Source: Candidatus Bathyarchaeota archaeon
Lineage (GTDB): Archaea; Thermoproteota; Bathyarchaeia; Bathyarchaeales; Bathycorpusculaceae
DNA: 64,000 bases
Reading direction: 5' to 3'
NCBI GenBank assembly: GCA_963827165.1
Contig: CAWGZR010000010.1
Coordinates: 64,001-128,000, forward strand
Below the pieces are notes generated by a model that did no database searches, was not told the DNA's origin, and worked only from the letters and a program-made list of their open reading frames with translations. The position numbers and the translations under genes are program-made. Position 1 is the first letter of the stretch, and every line of letters starts with the position of its first letter. Positions 27,838 through 38,045 of the stretch are shown here, piece after piece.

Positions 27838-29437
27838 AATACAAGCAGAGCAAAATGAGGGAATCATGGCAGAATTTTATAATGAAAAAGGCATTTTCAA
27901 AACTGCCTTAGTGGCTCAGTACCTACATGACAATTACCACTTTAAAATCGACCGAGCAACCGAGATACTATATTATGGTGACGAAACAACAAAAACGTGG
28001 AAACCGAAAGGCGAAATCTACCTACAAGAAATCTTAAGCAGACTTTTGGGTGAAGAAAACACAAAGGCAATCTACACAAACGTACTCCATGACCTAAAAG
28101 GCTTAACCTACACTAACATAGTTTTCAGCAAAAAATTAGCCGTTGAAAACGGACTATTGGACGTTGAAACGGGAGAGTTAACAGAGCCCATCCTAGAAGA
28201 AATGGCCTATCACCAAATTCCAGTAAAATATGACCCTGCAGCTGAGTGTCCTAATTGGGAACAATTCATAAGCCAGGTAGTTTACCCTGATGATCTGGCC
28301 ACAATCCAAGAGTGGAGCGGATTCCTATTTTTGCCGGATTATCGTTTTCATAAACTTTTATGGGTTCATGGCGCCGGACGAAACGGAAAGGGAGTTTGGC
28401 AGCGAACAATGGAAGCTATCCTGGGAGAAAGCAACATTTCAAGCGTAGGCCTCGAAGAATTTGATGGAACACACCGTTTCGCGTTAACACAGCTCTATGG
28501 AAAACTGTTTAATCCCTGCAGCGAGCCCACCACCAACAGGATCCTGCAAACGGCTCTGCTCAAAAAAGCCACTGGCCAAGACACGATAGAGGCAGAAATC
28601 AAAGGAAAACAGGCTAGAATCCAGTTTAGGAACTACTCAAAAATAACGGTCCTGGCCAACAAATTTCCAAAAGTCACTGATACAACCACGGCCTTCAAAG
28701 AAAGACGCCTTTTCATCAAGTTTCCAAACGAATTCACTGGAAAAGACCAAATTCAGAACGTAGAAAAAAACTGGCTTGTTATCAACGATGAAAAAGCCGG
28801 TATTCTAAACTGGATGCTTAAAGGCCTTCAAAGACTACTCTCTCAAGGTTATTTTACCGAGAGCAAAACACAGCTGGAAACAGAAATAGAATTTTTCAGA
28901 GCAAGTGACACGATTAGCGCCTTCCTAACTGAAATGGCAATTCTCGACAAAAACCGAGTAACTACAAGAAATGAGGCTTTCGAAGCTTACAAAAACTATT
29001 GTGATGTCCTATGTTTAGATCCTGAACCTGAAAAGAAATTTACTCAAAGATTGAAAAATACCCCAAAAATAAGTGTTTGTTTCGTTAGAATCCCAAAACA
29101 AGAACGTGCATGGAAAGGGTTAGGCCTAAAAAACATTGACGACGACGGAAAAATTACTCAAAATGCTACACTTGCTACACTTGCTACACGAGAAGGGGTA
29201 GTTATACCTCGCGATATTTCCGAGATATCTAAAAATGAGGTGAGTATAAACACCCATTTTCCTGTAGCAAGTGTAGCATCTGTAGCAAGAAACTATCCTA
29301 ACCGTTTTTGTTCTGAGGAGTGCAAAAATTTTGATAGGCCTTCTTGCATGGCTCCGAATTGGCAGAGTTTAAACAAAAAGTCAGAGTTGCCTTGCAGCTG
29401 TAAAGGCTACAGTTACCTCGGCGCGCAGGAGAGTTAG
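27821..29437 (+). CDS. SF3 (D5/P4-type) helicase without recognisable primase domain
   Basis: LAVENGLLD, Walker A GAGRNGKG, KKATGQDTIEAEIKGK, ANKFP, RRLFIKF; start may be ATG ~27866. Confidence 0.9.
   Translation: MRDAVEIQAEQNEGIMAEFYNEKGIFKTALVAQYLHDNYHFKIDRATEILYYGDETTKTWKPKGEIYLQEILSRLLGEENTKAIYTNVLHDLKGLTYTNIVFSKKLAVENGLLDVETGELTEPILEEMAYHQIPVKYDPAAECPNWEQFISQVVYPDDLATIQEWSGFLFLPDYRFHKLLWVHGAGRNGKGVWQRTMEAILGESNISSVGLEEFDGTHRFALTQLYGKLFNPCSEPTTNRILQTALLKKATGQDTIEAEIKGKQARIQFRNYSKITVLANKFPKVTDTTTAFKERRLFIKFPNEFTGKDQIQNVEKNWLVINDEKAGILNWMLKGLQRLLSQGYFTESKTQLETEIEFFRASDTISAFLTEMAILDKNRVTTRNEAFEAYKNYCDVLCLDPEPEKKFTQRLKNTPKISVCFVRIPKQERAWKGLGLKNIDDDGKITQNATLATLATREGVVIPRDISEISKNEVSINTHFPVASVASVARNYPNRFCSEECKNFDRPSCMAPNWQSLNKKSELPCSCKGYSYLGAQES
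29164..29289. repeat. Three 9-bp direct repeats facing three inverted copies; putative replication origin
   Basis: TGCTACACT TGCTACACT TGCTACAC (29164-29189) ... TGTAGCAAG TGTAGCATC TGTAGCAAG (29263-29289). Confidence 0.75.
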
Positions 29438-29439
29438 CC

Positions 29440-29661
29440 ATGTCTGCTACTAAGAACTTAAGTTTGGAAGTATGCGGTAAGATTTCGCTAAGTGAGCGTC
29501 AGCAACTTAAGATAGTTATCCTGGATCCTGAAACGGGGAAACCTCTTGTTTTTTATACGTATATTCGGGAAGTGGACCAGGCGATCCGGTGCGCGCCTTT
29601 CTATGCTAAGATCTTTAGAGTGAAGGATCCAATCGCTGAGTTTGAGGCCAAGAAACTTTGA
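29440..29661 (+). CDS. Hypothetical protein of the integrated element
   Basis: 73-aa ORF 2 bp after the helicase stop. Confidence 0.6.
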   Translation: MSATKNLSLEVCGKISLSERQQLKIVILDPETGKPLVFYTYIREVDQAIRCAPFYAKIFRVKDPIAEFEAKKL

Positions 29662-30134
29662 CGGAAGGCTTCTATCATCATTACCTCGATTTCTTCAGCG
29701 GCTTCATAAAGATCAATCTCGGATCCTTAACCGCTGTCACCTGCGTGATCCTATTTTTCATAACTAAGATCGGTTGGTTTTTGGCAGGGTTCAGCACAGC
29801 ATCCATGGTGACTCTGTTCTATTCATTGAATTATTTCAGTAGATTCAGGGATTTTAAGGAAGAATTATATCAATTCTTTCCAAAGTTGGATAAATTACAA
29901 TTAAATTATGAAAATTCTGTAAATATTACAGAAGAAATTGATAAAATACTAGTTAACAACGAAGATTTACCTTTGAGGGCCTGCAGATTATATGTGCAGG
30001 GTGAAACCTGCGCCGGTATTAAGCAGAAATTTGGCCTAAAGCATCCTGAGCAGGCGCATCGAGTGCTTCAGAAGGGAATTAAGCAGCTACTAATCAGCTT
30101 TGAAGGAAAAAACCCTAATGAAACTCAAAAATAA
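29658..30134 (+). CDS. Two-TM protein with C-terminal HTH-like segment
   Basis: Two hydrophobic helices; RACRLYVQGETCAGIKQKFGLKHPEQAHRVLQKGIK. Confidence 0.6.
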   Translation: MTEGFYHHYLDFFSGFIKINLGSLTAVTCVILFFITKIGWFLAGFSTASMVTLFYSLNYFSRFRDFKEELYQFFPKLDKLQLNYENSVNITEEIDKILVNNEDLPLRACRLYVQGETCAGIKQKFGLKHPEQAHRVLQKGIKQLLISFEGKNPNETQK

Positions 30135-30271
30135 CTTAGAAACAGGTTACTTTCCAATTCACATCTCACGTACACTAGTTGAGGTATATTCCCATACTGG
30201 AGTTATTGAGAGAGTGCCTTGTATGTGCGGTTACATAATAGACGTATATTATGAAATAAGGTGAGGGTTGA

Positions 30272-30916
30272 ATGCAAGTTTCAGGAAAAGGACGAAGAAC
30301 TCTAAGAATGATAGAGCAGTACCCAGAGCCGAAAGAGATCTTAGCAAAGATTCTGGATCCTGCAACCGATTGGCCATACAGCAAAGACTTAGATCTCACT
30401 CACAAGTCACAGCTATATTTGGCCAGGGACAGGGCCTTAGCCGCGGTCCTCTATAACGGCGAGCTCCGGATCTCCGAGGCCAGGCGCCTTCTCAAAGCAC
30501 AGTTCAAAGACAAACCCTTCCGAATAGTAGCGGTCAAGCTGTCGAAGGCCGAGAAGCACAACAAGAAAACAGGCCTTGTCATAACTCGTAAAGACCTCTA
30601 CCGGAAAGAGATCAGGTTGCCAACGAAGGGGTATCGCGGCCAGATCAGCGGCCTAATCAAGCAGTACCTGGACCTTTTGATTGATAAGGAATATGAGACG
30701 GTTCCAATTTTCAATATTGGAAATAGCCGCGTCGACCAAATCATAAAGACCAAGTTAGGTGTCCCGCCTCATTGGCTACGTGCTTACGGAGAAAACGAGC
30801 TCTACGGCCTATGGGATTATGACTTAATCGCAGTTGCCAACTACGTCCAGGTAGATCCGAGGACCCTCGCTAAGTATATTCACCGTGTACCTAACAAGTA
30901 CCTGGACCGAGAGTAA
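30272..30916 (+). CDS. Second tyrosine recombinase (catalytic domain only)
   Basis: RDRALAAVLYNGELRISEA (R), PPHWLRAYG (HxxR), TLAKYIH (Y). Confidence 0.85.
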   Translation: MQVSGKGRRTLRMIEQYPEPKEILAKILDPATDWPYSKDLDLTHKSQLYLARDRALAAVLYNGELRISEARRLLKAQFKDKPFRIVAVKLSKAEKHNKKTGLVITRKDLYRKEIRLPTKGYRGQISGLIKQYLDLLIDKEYETVPIFNIGNSRVDQIIKTKLGVPPHWLRAYGENELYGLWDYDLIAVANYVQVDPRTLAKYIHRVPNKYLDRE

Positions 30917-30956
30917 CAAAAATAGAAGAAAAAAGCCAGGGTATTAGCTTAGAAAG

Positions 30957-31109
30957 TTAAGCAGGACCGGCCTTACATTCTTTAAGCAATCCTGCAGTGG
31001 CTTCATTTGCAACTTCATCGACGCTTTTTTCTGTAATCAAAGCAATCGCCTTTAGCCTATCATGGGTTGCTTTGTTGACACACACTTTTCTAACCTTAGA
31101 TTTCTCCAT
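30957..31109 (-). CDS. 50-aa RHH-like protein coupled to integrase
   Basis: MEKSKVRKVCVNKATHDRLKAIALITEKSVDEVANEATAGLLKECKAGPA; GGAGGTGA upstream. Confidence 0.65.
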   Translation of the reverse strand: MEKSKVRKVCVNKATHDRLKAIALITEKSVDEVANEATAGLLKECKAGPA

Positions 31110-32046
31110 TCAAATCACCTCCCTGCTCTTTCTTTAAAAGAAGTTCACTGTTGACTTTGAGTAGAATTGCTTGTGTAGCTTGAGCAGCTCTCAACTTGAG
31201 ATCACTCACCAAAATAGGATTATAATAATGTGCGGAGAAGACTGACGCGCTAACCCTGCCCTGCAGGAAATCAATCTCTTCCGGTCGTAACCATTTTGTG
31301 ACAAAAGACGCATGGTTTTCTCTAACGTCGCCAAATCTCTGTTGAATATGTTTCCTTTCCAAAGCCCTGTTCTTGAGATGGTTTTCACTGATGAGACTCT
31401 GCTTTCCAATCAGATCCAACAGTTCAAGAGGTACAAAACTAAGAAACGCCTTCTTAGTGTTCCTTATGAAAACATTCCTAAACCTGAAATGTTCAAGGAA
31501 ACCTGTCTGTGCATTATAGTATTTTTTGGCTAAAGTTTCCTCTTTCGATAGCTGTACAATCAAATTGTAGGCGTTTATTGCTTCTGAAAGTCTCAGTCCT
31601 GTCGATGCAATTAGATCCATGAAAATCGCGTATTGTGGACAGGCCTCTTTAACGGTCCTGATCCATTGAAAAATATCTTCAGAATCATCCGAACGCGAAA
31701 GCCTCTCAATAATCAAATCGTCAACGCTACGGCTAACCCACGTTAAACCGTACGTTTTTCTTAAATATTGGAATTCTTCATGGCACCCCTGGAACTTGGC
31801 TAACGCTGAAAAGGCGGCAATAATCTTGGACTGCGCGCTTAGCGAGAACTGTTTAATCGGTGAAAAATTTTTTGAAAAGTAGATGTCTGAGTACCGCATC
31901 GCTACGCTGGAGATCTGTCTATCATAATTATGGCGGTAATTCTGCGTTTTTAGGTATTTCTGAAAAGCAACCCAATCCACGTTCTTTTTGTCAAAAACGC
32001 CTGTTTTAGGGGCTTCTAAGCTGAAAGTCGTGGGTTCAAATCCCAC
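31096..32046 (-). CDS. SSV1-type tyrosine integrase C-terminal fragment (intC)
   Basis: STGLRLSEA, TKKAFLSF, VRENHAS, IDFLQGRV..SVFSAHYY; begins inside attR. Confidence 0.92.
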   Translation of the reverse strand: MGFEPTTFSLEAPKTGVFDKKNVDWVAFQKYLKTQNYRHNYDRQISSVAMRYSDIYFSKNFSPIKQFSLSAQSKIIAAFSALAKFQGCHEEFQYLRKTYGLTWVSRSVDDLIIERLSRSDDSEDIFQWIRTVKEACPQYAIFMDLIASTGLRLSEAINAYNLIVQLSKEETLAKKYYNAQTGFLEHFRFRNVFIRNTKKAFLSFVPLELLDLIGKQSLISENHLKNRALERKHIQQRFGDVRENHASFVTKWLRPEEIDFLQGRVSASVFSAHYYNPILVSDLKLRAAQATQAILLKVNSELLLKKEQGGDLNGEI

Positions 32047-32056
32047 CGGACCCGCT
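32013..32056 (+). repeat. attR core (44 bp)
   Basis: Exact copy of 26296-26339. Confidence 0.95.
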
Positions 32057-32416
32057 CTCTTTTTAATAACTCGACTTGAATTGAGCTTATTTGGTTTTTT
32101 AGAGCGTTAGGAAATCTCTAAGGTTCTTAGCAAATTTTCACAGATTATTCAAGAACCCTGCATGGCTAAGCAGTGTAAGTTCATCTGATAAAGACTTAAC
32201 TTTCTTTTTGATTTAATGTTTCAGGAAATAACTATAGTTTGGATTGAAATTGTAGGGAGAACAAAGATATTCTATTTCTTTTGAGCAAGTCACTTATTTC
32301 TGACTCCGTTTACAGATTCAACGATATTTTGGGCTTAAAAAGGCTTTCAATGGCGTAAGAATCTATTTAGTTGAGAACTAAAAGTTTTTACTTTTAGACA
32401 AATCAGAAGTAAATAA

Positions 32417-34231
32417 ATGAAGCTTTCAGAAAGTGAAAAAACTTACACAAATCATAAACCAGAACAAGATAATATTGTACCTGTGGAATCTATGAGATGC
32501 ATGGGAAAGTCGCTGCTGACTGTTCTTTTGATTATAATTATGATTAGTGGATTAGCTTTTGTTACTTTGCATTTTGGCAAAGGTCAAAGTGGTACTTCCG
32601 GAGATTGGATAATGTTCCACACAGACCCAACTCACAGTGGTGAGGGAACTGGTAATGCAGTGCTCACACCTGCTTTGCTTTGGAATTATTCTGCGGGAGG
32701 CGAAGCTTATTCGTCTCCGGCTGTTTCTAACGGTATAGTCTACATAGGAACTTCTCAGTACGTGGGTCCAAATAACCAGCCCCCGATGCCAAATGTCGGC
32801 AATCTTTATGCCTTTAACGCCATTAACGGTGAAAAAGTTTGGAATCAAACTACTGGTGTCCTTACGTATTCGTCACCTGCCGTCGTTAACGGCGTAGTCT
32901 ACATAGGCTCCGAAGATGGCAACATTTATGCTTATAATGCTATCAATGGTGACCAAATCTGGAATTGCACCACGCCACCAATCCCCGGAATAGAAGGCAG
33001 CAATATGATTTCTTCGTCTCCAACTGTCGTTGGCGGTATAGTCTATATAGGCTCCTCTGATGACAAGGTTTTTGCGTTGAATGCAACGAACGGTACGGAG
33101 CTTTGGGTTTACACTACTAACGGTTCTGTTCTATCTTCGCCGGCTGTGGTTAATGGCGTAGTCTACGTAGGTTCTGACGATGGCAATGTTTATGCTTTGA
33201 ATGCAGCAAACGGTGACAAACTCTGGAATTACACCACTCCTGATTACCCAATACTTTCCCATGGTAACTATATCAATTCATCTCCAGCGGTTGCAAATGG
33301 ACTAGTTTATGTTGACTCTTATGACGATGAAGTATTTGCTTTGAATGCTAATAACGGTAATCAAGTCTGGAATTACACAACTGGCAGCGAGGTCGGTTCT
33401 TCACCAGCAGTCGCCAATGGTATCATCTATGTAGGCTCATACGATGGCAACCTTTATGCTTTGGACGCCGAAAACGGCAGTAAAGTCTGGAACTTCAACA
33501 TCGCATCTACAGGACAGATTGGTTGGTCATCACCCGCAATTGTGGACGGAGTAGTCTACGTAGGATTCAGTTTTAATGCAAGCCCGCAAACCGTAAATGG
33601 CAGCATTTGTGCTTTGGATGCTTATAGTGGAGCAGAACTTTGGAATTACACCACTAACAGCATTATTGATTCGTCTCCGTCAATAGTTGATGGCGTCTTA
33701 TATGTCGGGTCGGATGATGGCGCAGTTTATGCGTTGGGTTCACCTACGCCATCGCCTTCTCCAACTCCAGCTCAAACACCAACCCCAACACCTACATCGA
33801 CGTCAGTCCTCACATCTACTCCCACGCCCACACCAACCGCAACTCCAATACCAACTTTAATGCAGAGCCCAACTCCAACAGGTTCTCCATTCCCTACGCC
33901 AGGGTCTACAACGACTCCCACACTCGCACCTACTTCAGCATCGACAATAACTTCAACCACTCCATCCTCAACATCTTCCACTGCTCAAACTTTGACAACT
34001 ACCCCGACTTTATTCCCAACGCTTTCGCCAATTTCACAATTTATTAACTATAGTTTGGTATTTATGATCGCAATTATCGGGATTTTTTTGGGACCATTAG
34101 CAGTAGTAATTAAATGGCAAAAAAACAAAGGGGAAAACAAAAAGCAAAGCACACAAACTAGACAAACAGAAAAAGAAGAGCGAGAACAAACAGAACGAAA
34201 ACAACAAGAGCATTCAGATAAAAAGCCTTGA
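32417..34231 (+). CDS. Secreted PQQ-like (BamB-type) beta-propeller with Pro/Thr linker and C-terminal TM
   Basis: About 7 SSPAVxNGxVYVGSxDGNxYALNA..G..xW repeats, PT-rich tract, hydrophobic anchor. Confidence 0.9.
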   Translation: MKLSESEKTYTNHKPEQDNIVPVESMRCMGKSLLTVLLIIIMISGLAFVTLHFGKGQSGTSGDWIMFHTDPTHSGEGTGNAVLTPALLWNYSAGGEAYSSPAVSNGIVYIGTSQYVGPNNQPPMPNVGNLYAFNAINGEKVWNQTTGVLTYSSPAVVNGVVYIGSEDGNIYAYNAINGDQIWNCTTPPIPGIEGSNMISSSPTVVGGIVYIGSSDDKVFALNATNGTELWVYTTNGSVLSSPAVVNGVVYVGSDDGNVYALNAANGDKLWNYTTPDYPILSHGNYINSSPAVANGLVYVDSYDDEVFALNANNGNQVWNYTTGSEVGSSPAVANGIIYVGSYDGNLYALDAENGSKVWNFNIASTGQIGWSSPAIVDGVVYVGFSFNASPQTVNGSICALDAYSGAELWNYTTNSIIDSSPSIVDGVLYVGSDDGAVYALGSPTPSPSPTPAQTPTPTPTSTSVLTSTPTPTPTATPIPTLMQSPTPTGSPFPTPGSTTTPTLAPTSASTITSTTPSSTSSTAQTLTTTPTLFPTLSPISQFINYSLVFMIAIIGIFLGPLAVVIKWQKNKGENKKQSTQTRQTEKEEREQTERKQQEHSDKKP

Positions 34232-34761
34232 TTCACGAAATTGGACTAATAATACGGTTGCTGTTCATCAATATGGAATAAGTAGCTTCTCAAGCGAAAC
34301 AAGTGGTTATGATAGTACAGAGTCGCAGTACCGATTCAGCAGCATCGAAGTTCGGCTTGGTGCATCGGGAAACGCTCAAATTGATTATCAAATTCAAGCG
34401 AGTTATGGGTATCTTACCATTACTTATGCAATTAGCCACCGAAACATCTTCTGACCCCAATCTTACGCACAGGCAATAGAAGTCAATACAAGCGATTGGA
34501 GCATAATCAGACAATAACTGTTGCAAGTGCAAATCCCTCAACATAGCCCTACCGTTCCAGAGTAATCTTAGCTCGGATGATTCTGCCTTTGCTTCTTTCA
34601 TTATTCTCTGTCGCAGTAAAACTTGGGCATTGAAAAACCGCTAACCGAACAAAATAACCTGTACAAGTGTTCCAGCTTTGGAACGGTCAGTTGTGCAGGT
34701 GTTCCATGATTAGAACTAAAAGTTAGCTGGCACTTCATTTGTTTAAGGAAAGGAGCAAACG

Positions 34762-35361
34762 ATGAAGGTATCAGTTCACTTATCAGCGGTACTCGTAACG
34801 GTTGTAGCACTTTTAGCAACTGTTCTTGCAGGAACAGTGACTTATCACAACAGCGTATTGGAAAACAAAAACTCCAAAATCGCTTCCCTGAATACTAAAA
34901 TATCAAATCTAGCCAGTCAAGTAACAAACTTAACTGCAAAAACCAGCCAGATAAGAAACTTAACTTCAACAAATCTTGTGACAGCCATTGGGGTTGCGGA
35001 GGTCGTCAATACCTCAAGCGTATCGAGAGCTTACAATCGGCTTTACATTGAGGGTTCAGTTACCAATAATGGGTCAGGCTTTGCGTTTAATGTGGGATTA
35101 CAGGTTCTGGCGTGTGCTGCAGATTGAACCTTAGAAATTAACATGACTGTTCCTTTAACCTACGGAGAGTTTGGAACCAATGCCGCAATCTATTCTTACA
35201 TTTACAGCTTTGACCCATACTGCACATCTTCGCCACAATTCGGAAATCTATCCAGTGGACAATCCGCAGAGGTCAATCTGGATATTTACCATGACGGAAC
35301 AGTGACCAATTGGACAATAACATCTGTATGGACAAAACACAAAATAAACGATTCAAATTAG
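34762..35361 (+). pseudogene. Secreted coiled-coil plus beta-sandwich-like protein with in-frame TGA at 35125
   Basis: ORFs 34762-35127 and 35143-35361 are in the same frame: ...ACAAD*TLEINMTVPL. Confidence 0.7.
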
Positions 35362-35762
35362 GTCCATAAATTTCGCCTTAGTCTTTTCTTGCCAAGTTTA
35401 ATGTGCAGCCTACAAAAATTATGAGGACTGCCGCGCTACCGAGAAATGGCTGTAGACATTGTGAATAATACCCTTGTTGCCACAATGTGACTATGATACC
35501 ATAAAACACTGTAAAAAGAACCGCCAACATTATAGCAGAACTGATAAAGGCAAGCAAATATTGTGCTCGCTGGATAATCAAGCAGTGGACACCTAAGTTA
35601 ACCAAGTATTTTCAGCAGATAAAAGGTTTTCTTCATATTTGAATTTGCTAGGTTTTCCATGAAGACAAATCTTAAATTTAATGGGATAGCGTCTGCTGGA
35701 TATTTTTGGTCCACAGCAAATTATTGTGGAAAGAGTTATATTTTTGGTTTGGTTAAGATAAA

Positions 35763-36061
35763 ATGGTGATTGTTTTAGTTAGTTTTGATAAACTTTCTGG
35801 GATGTTTGTTATTTGTGCAGGCGGTTTCGACCTCGGAGAGATTAATGGGATAGACTTGGACACTAACAATTGGCAAGTTATCAATTTGCATGTTAAGCTG
35901 TCCAAAGCAGCATCTGAAGATCTTGGATTCAAAAAAAGATTTAGAAGCTCAACCGTATGTGTTCCTATCTCGCTAATTTCTACATTGGTGACAATGTTTT
36001 GTTAAACAAGACTCTTGACGAATTAAGCAGGCACCCAGAAATTTCAGAGTGCATCACTTAA
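35763..36061 (+). pseudogene. PRC-barrel protein with frameshift near 35983
   Basis: LSGMFVICAGGFDLGEINGIDLDTNNWQV..LHV; second frame gives IGDNVLLNKTLDEL. Confidence 0.7.
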
Positions 36062-36326
36062 AAAAAAATAGTTCTTTCGGGAATTTTTCTTACAGTTTCT
36101 TCTGCCAAACATTTTCTTTTTTTACCGCAGGTTTTTCTTTTTCATAGGTCCATTATTTTTTGCTAGGAAAATTGCTAATGTGGCAAAAATTGAGGCTCCG
36201 AGATGAGCGATAAGTGAACAAGGAATGACACACAAAAGCATAAGTTCACTTTGATCTTCACTTTACTCCAACTTGAATGGATGATGCAAAACAGCATGTT
36301 TCCTAAAGTGCCTTGGAGTCATTGAT

Positions 36327-38045
36327 TTGGGTTTTATTGATTACGCTTGGTCGGTTTCCTTACAAAAAGATAACACCAAGGTTAAGATACTTCAGGACCC
36401 TAGCTTAGATCAACCCGTTTTACAAAGTGACGAAATTGGATACACCATTAAGCTTCCTCTCTTCCGTATTTTGGAAGACGGAAATGTTTCTTTTCTTGGG
36501 CACCAGTTTAAAGGAACCAACGAAGGCAAAGCAAGGGTGGGACGATTATTTCGAGCATCTGTTCTGCATCTAACAACACATACTTTGGAGCCTTTTCAAA
36601 AAGACAAAATTACGCCTAATGCATCAGATTCGATTGTTGCGGCGTTTGCAAAGTCGCTAGTTAATGACATTTACGTTAATGCTTACATTCAAGCCTGGTA
36701 TCCAGACAGGTTTTTTGACATTGCTTACGCAAATGCGTTGGCTTATCAGAAAATAAAGTCGTCCGGGAGAATTTTTACATCTTCGACAAGGCTTATGACG
36801 GCTTTATTGACTAAGCTTAATGTGGGATTAATCAAGAATTCTCCAGGTGTGGAGGAAGAGCAAATAGTTGATCAACTTTACAATGAGTTAACAGCTCTTA
36901 AAGACACTTTTTTGGGGTCGATGGCAGGCGAACAGATTAATCTGGAAGATTTGTTCGATGCTAAAGTGAAGGAAATAAAAGGTTTGCTCGAGCCTTTTGG
37001 TCCATTCCTGGAGTCTCCGTCGCTTAGGCACACTGAAAGTAACGGTCCCTGCAGTATCTACAGCGACGCGCAAACGACTGTTGAAGAAGATTTTGAAGGT
37101 CTATTTGTGCAATCTCTTATGACAATGGGCGGCACCGTACCTACCGTAGACAATATTGACCAATGTTGGAGACCTGAACAAGAAGTTGAATCCCTTCAAG
37201 CCTTTAACTCAGACAATTATCAAAAGTTGCGCGAAGAAAAGATTCTTGCCAAAATTTCGTCTTATGTGAGCTTAACTAGATTCAAAGGTGTTGACATTCC
37301 AGAGGAAGATTACACTCAGTATTTGAGAGCTAGGAACCTAGTTCAGGGAGCATCTCGGCGGCTTTTGGATATTCTCAGGTCGTCTTTTAATTATCTGGAT
37401 GAAGATCCGAGGCAAGAAATGGGTCAACTGGATTTGGCGGCAGTTATTCAATCGTTGGCAAGCAACAAGCCGGCGACAGATGTGTTTGTTTTGGATGAGT
37501 ACCTTAAGCCAAGCTTCGCTTGGTCACTTCTGTTTGACGTGAGTAACAGCATGCAAGTGAAAGGCGAGTATGGTCGGGCTTTGGCGATAGCTGTCGCTGA
37601 AGCTGCAAGAGAATTGATGACGGACCCGACTTCCTGGACCTTCTTCGCGTTCAACGACAAACTCCACATTTTAAAGGACAGCACGGAATCGTACTCGAAG
37701 CGGGTTAGAGCAAGAATTGGCGGCTTAAAATTCGAAGGACTAACATACATAGCCGACGCAGTTCAGATTGCTGGAAAAATGCTTGCTAAAAGATTCGAGG
37801 AACAACGTTGCCTCATAATCATCTCAGACGGCTGGCCATACGGATACGCGAATATGCCAATAGCTCTGAAGGAAAATGTGGATGATATGATGAGAAAAGG
37901 AGTTATCGTAATCGGAATAGGAGTGGAGACAGCCAGAATGGGCAATTTTTTCCAACTGCACACCTCAGTTTACACGCAAAAGGACCTCATCAACAAGTTC
38001 GGATCAACATACGCAAACGCTTCCCAAAAAGCGCTTGAAACGTAA
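36327..38045 (+). CDS. C-terminal vWA-domain protein (NorD/CbbO-like)
   Basis: GQLDLAAVIQ, MIDAS FDVSNSM, T, IISDG, VIGIGV. Confidence 0.85.
   Translation: MGFIDYAWSVSLQKDNTKVKILQDPSLDQPVLQSDEIGYTIKLPLFRILEDGNVSFLGHQFKGTNEGKARVGRLFRASVLHLTTHTLEPFQKDKITPNASDSIVAAFAKSLVNDIYVNAYIQAWYPDRFFDIAYANALAYQKIKSSGRIFTSSTRLMTALLTKLNVGLIKNSPGVEEEQIVDQLYNELTALKDTFLGSMAGEQINLEDLFDAKVKEIKGLLEPFGPFLESPSLRHTESNGPCSIYSDAQTTVEEDFEGLFVQSLMTMGGTVPTVDNIDQCWRPEQEVESLQAFNSDNYQKLREEKILAKISSYVSLTRFKGVDIPEEDYTQYLRARNLVQGASRRLLDILRSSFNYLDEDPRQEMGQLDLAAVIQSLASNKPATDVFVLDEYLKPSFAWSLLFDVSNSMQVKGEYGRALAIAVAEAARELMTDPTSWTFFAFNDKLHILKDSTESYSKRVRARIGGLKFEGLTYIADAVQIAGKMLAKRFEEQRCLIIISDGWPYGYANMPIALKENVDDMMRKGVIVIGIGVETARMGNFFQLHTSVYTQKDLINKFGSTYANASQKALET

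Larger units (their letters stand above)
26296..32056. mobile_element. ~5.7-kb integrated plasmid/virus-like element in tRNA-Arg
   Basis: Identical 44-bp direct repeats 26296-26339 and 32013-32056 (tRNA 3' half); split integrase, SF3 helicase, second recombinase, small regulators; no capsid gene recognised. Confidence 0.95.

Noticed and set aside
32013-32056. Second tRNA-Arg gene
   Set aside because: Only the 3' half is present; it is attR
33740-34030. Low-complexity repeat tract as a DNA element
   Set aside because: Explained by the Pro/Thr/Ser linker of the surface protein; codons are heterogeneous
34290-34819. ORFs 34290-34601 and 34601-34819
   Set aside because: No recognisable motif; cannot be supported as genes
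35125-35127. Selenocysteine or recoded TGA
   Set aside because: No redox-motif context; TGA is the normal stop in many genes here; a nonsense change is simpler
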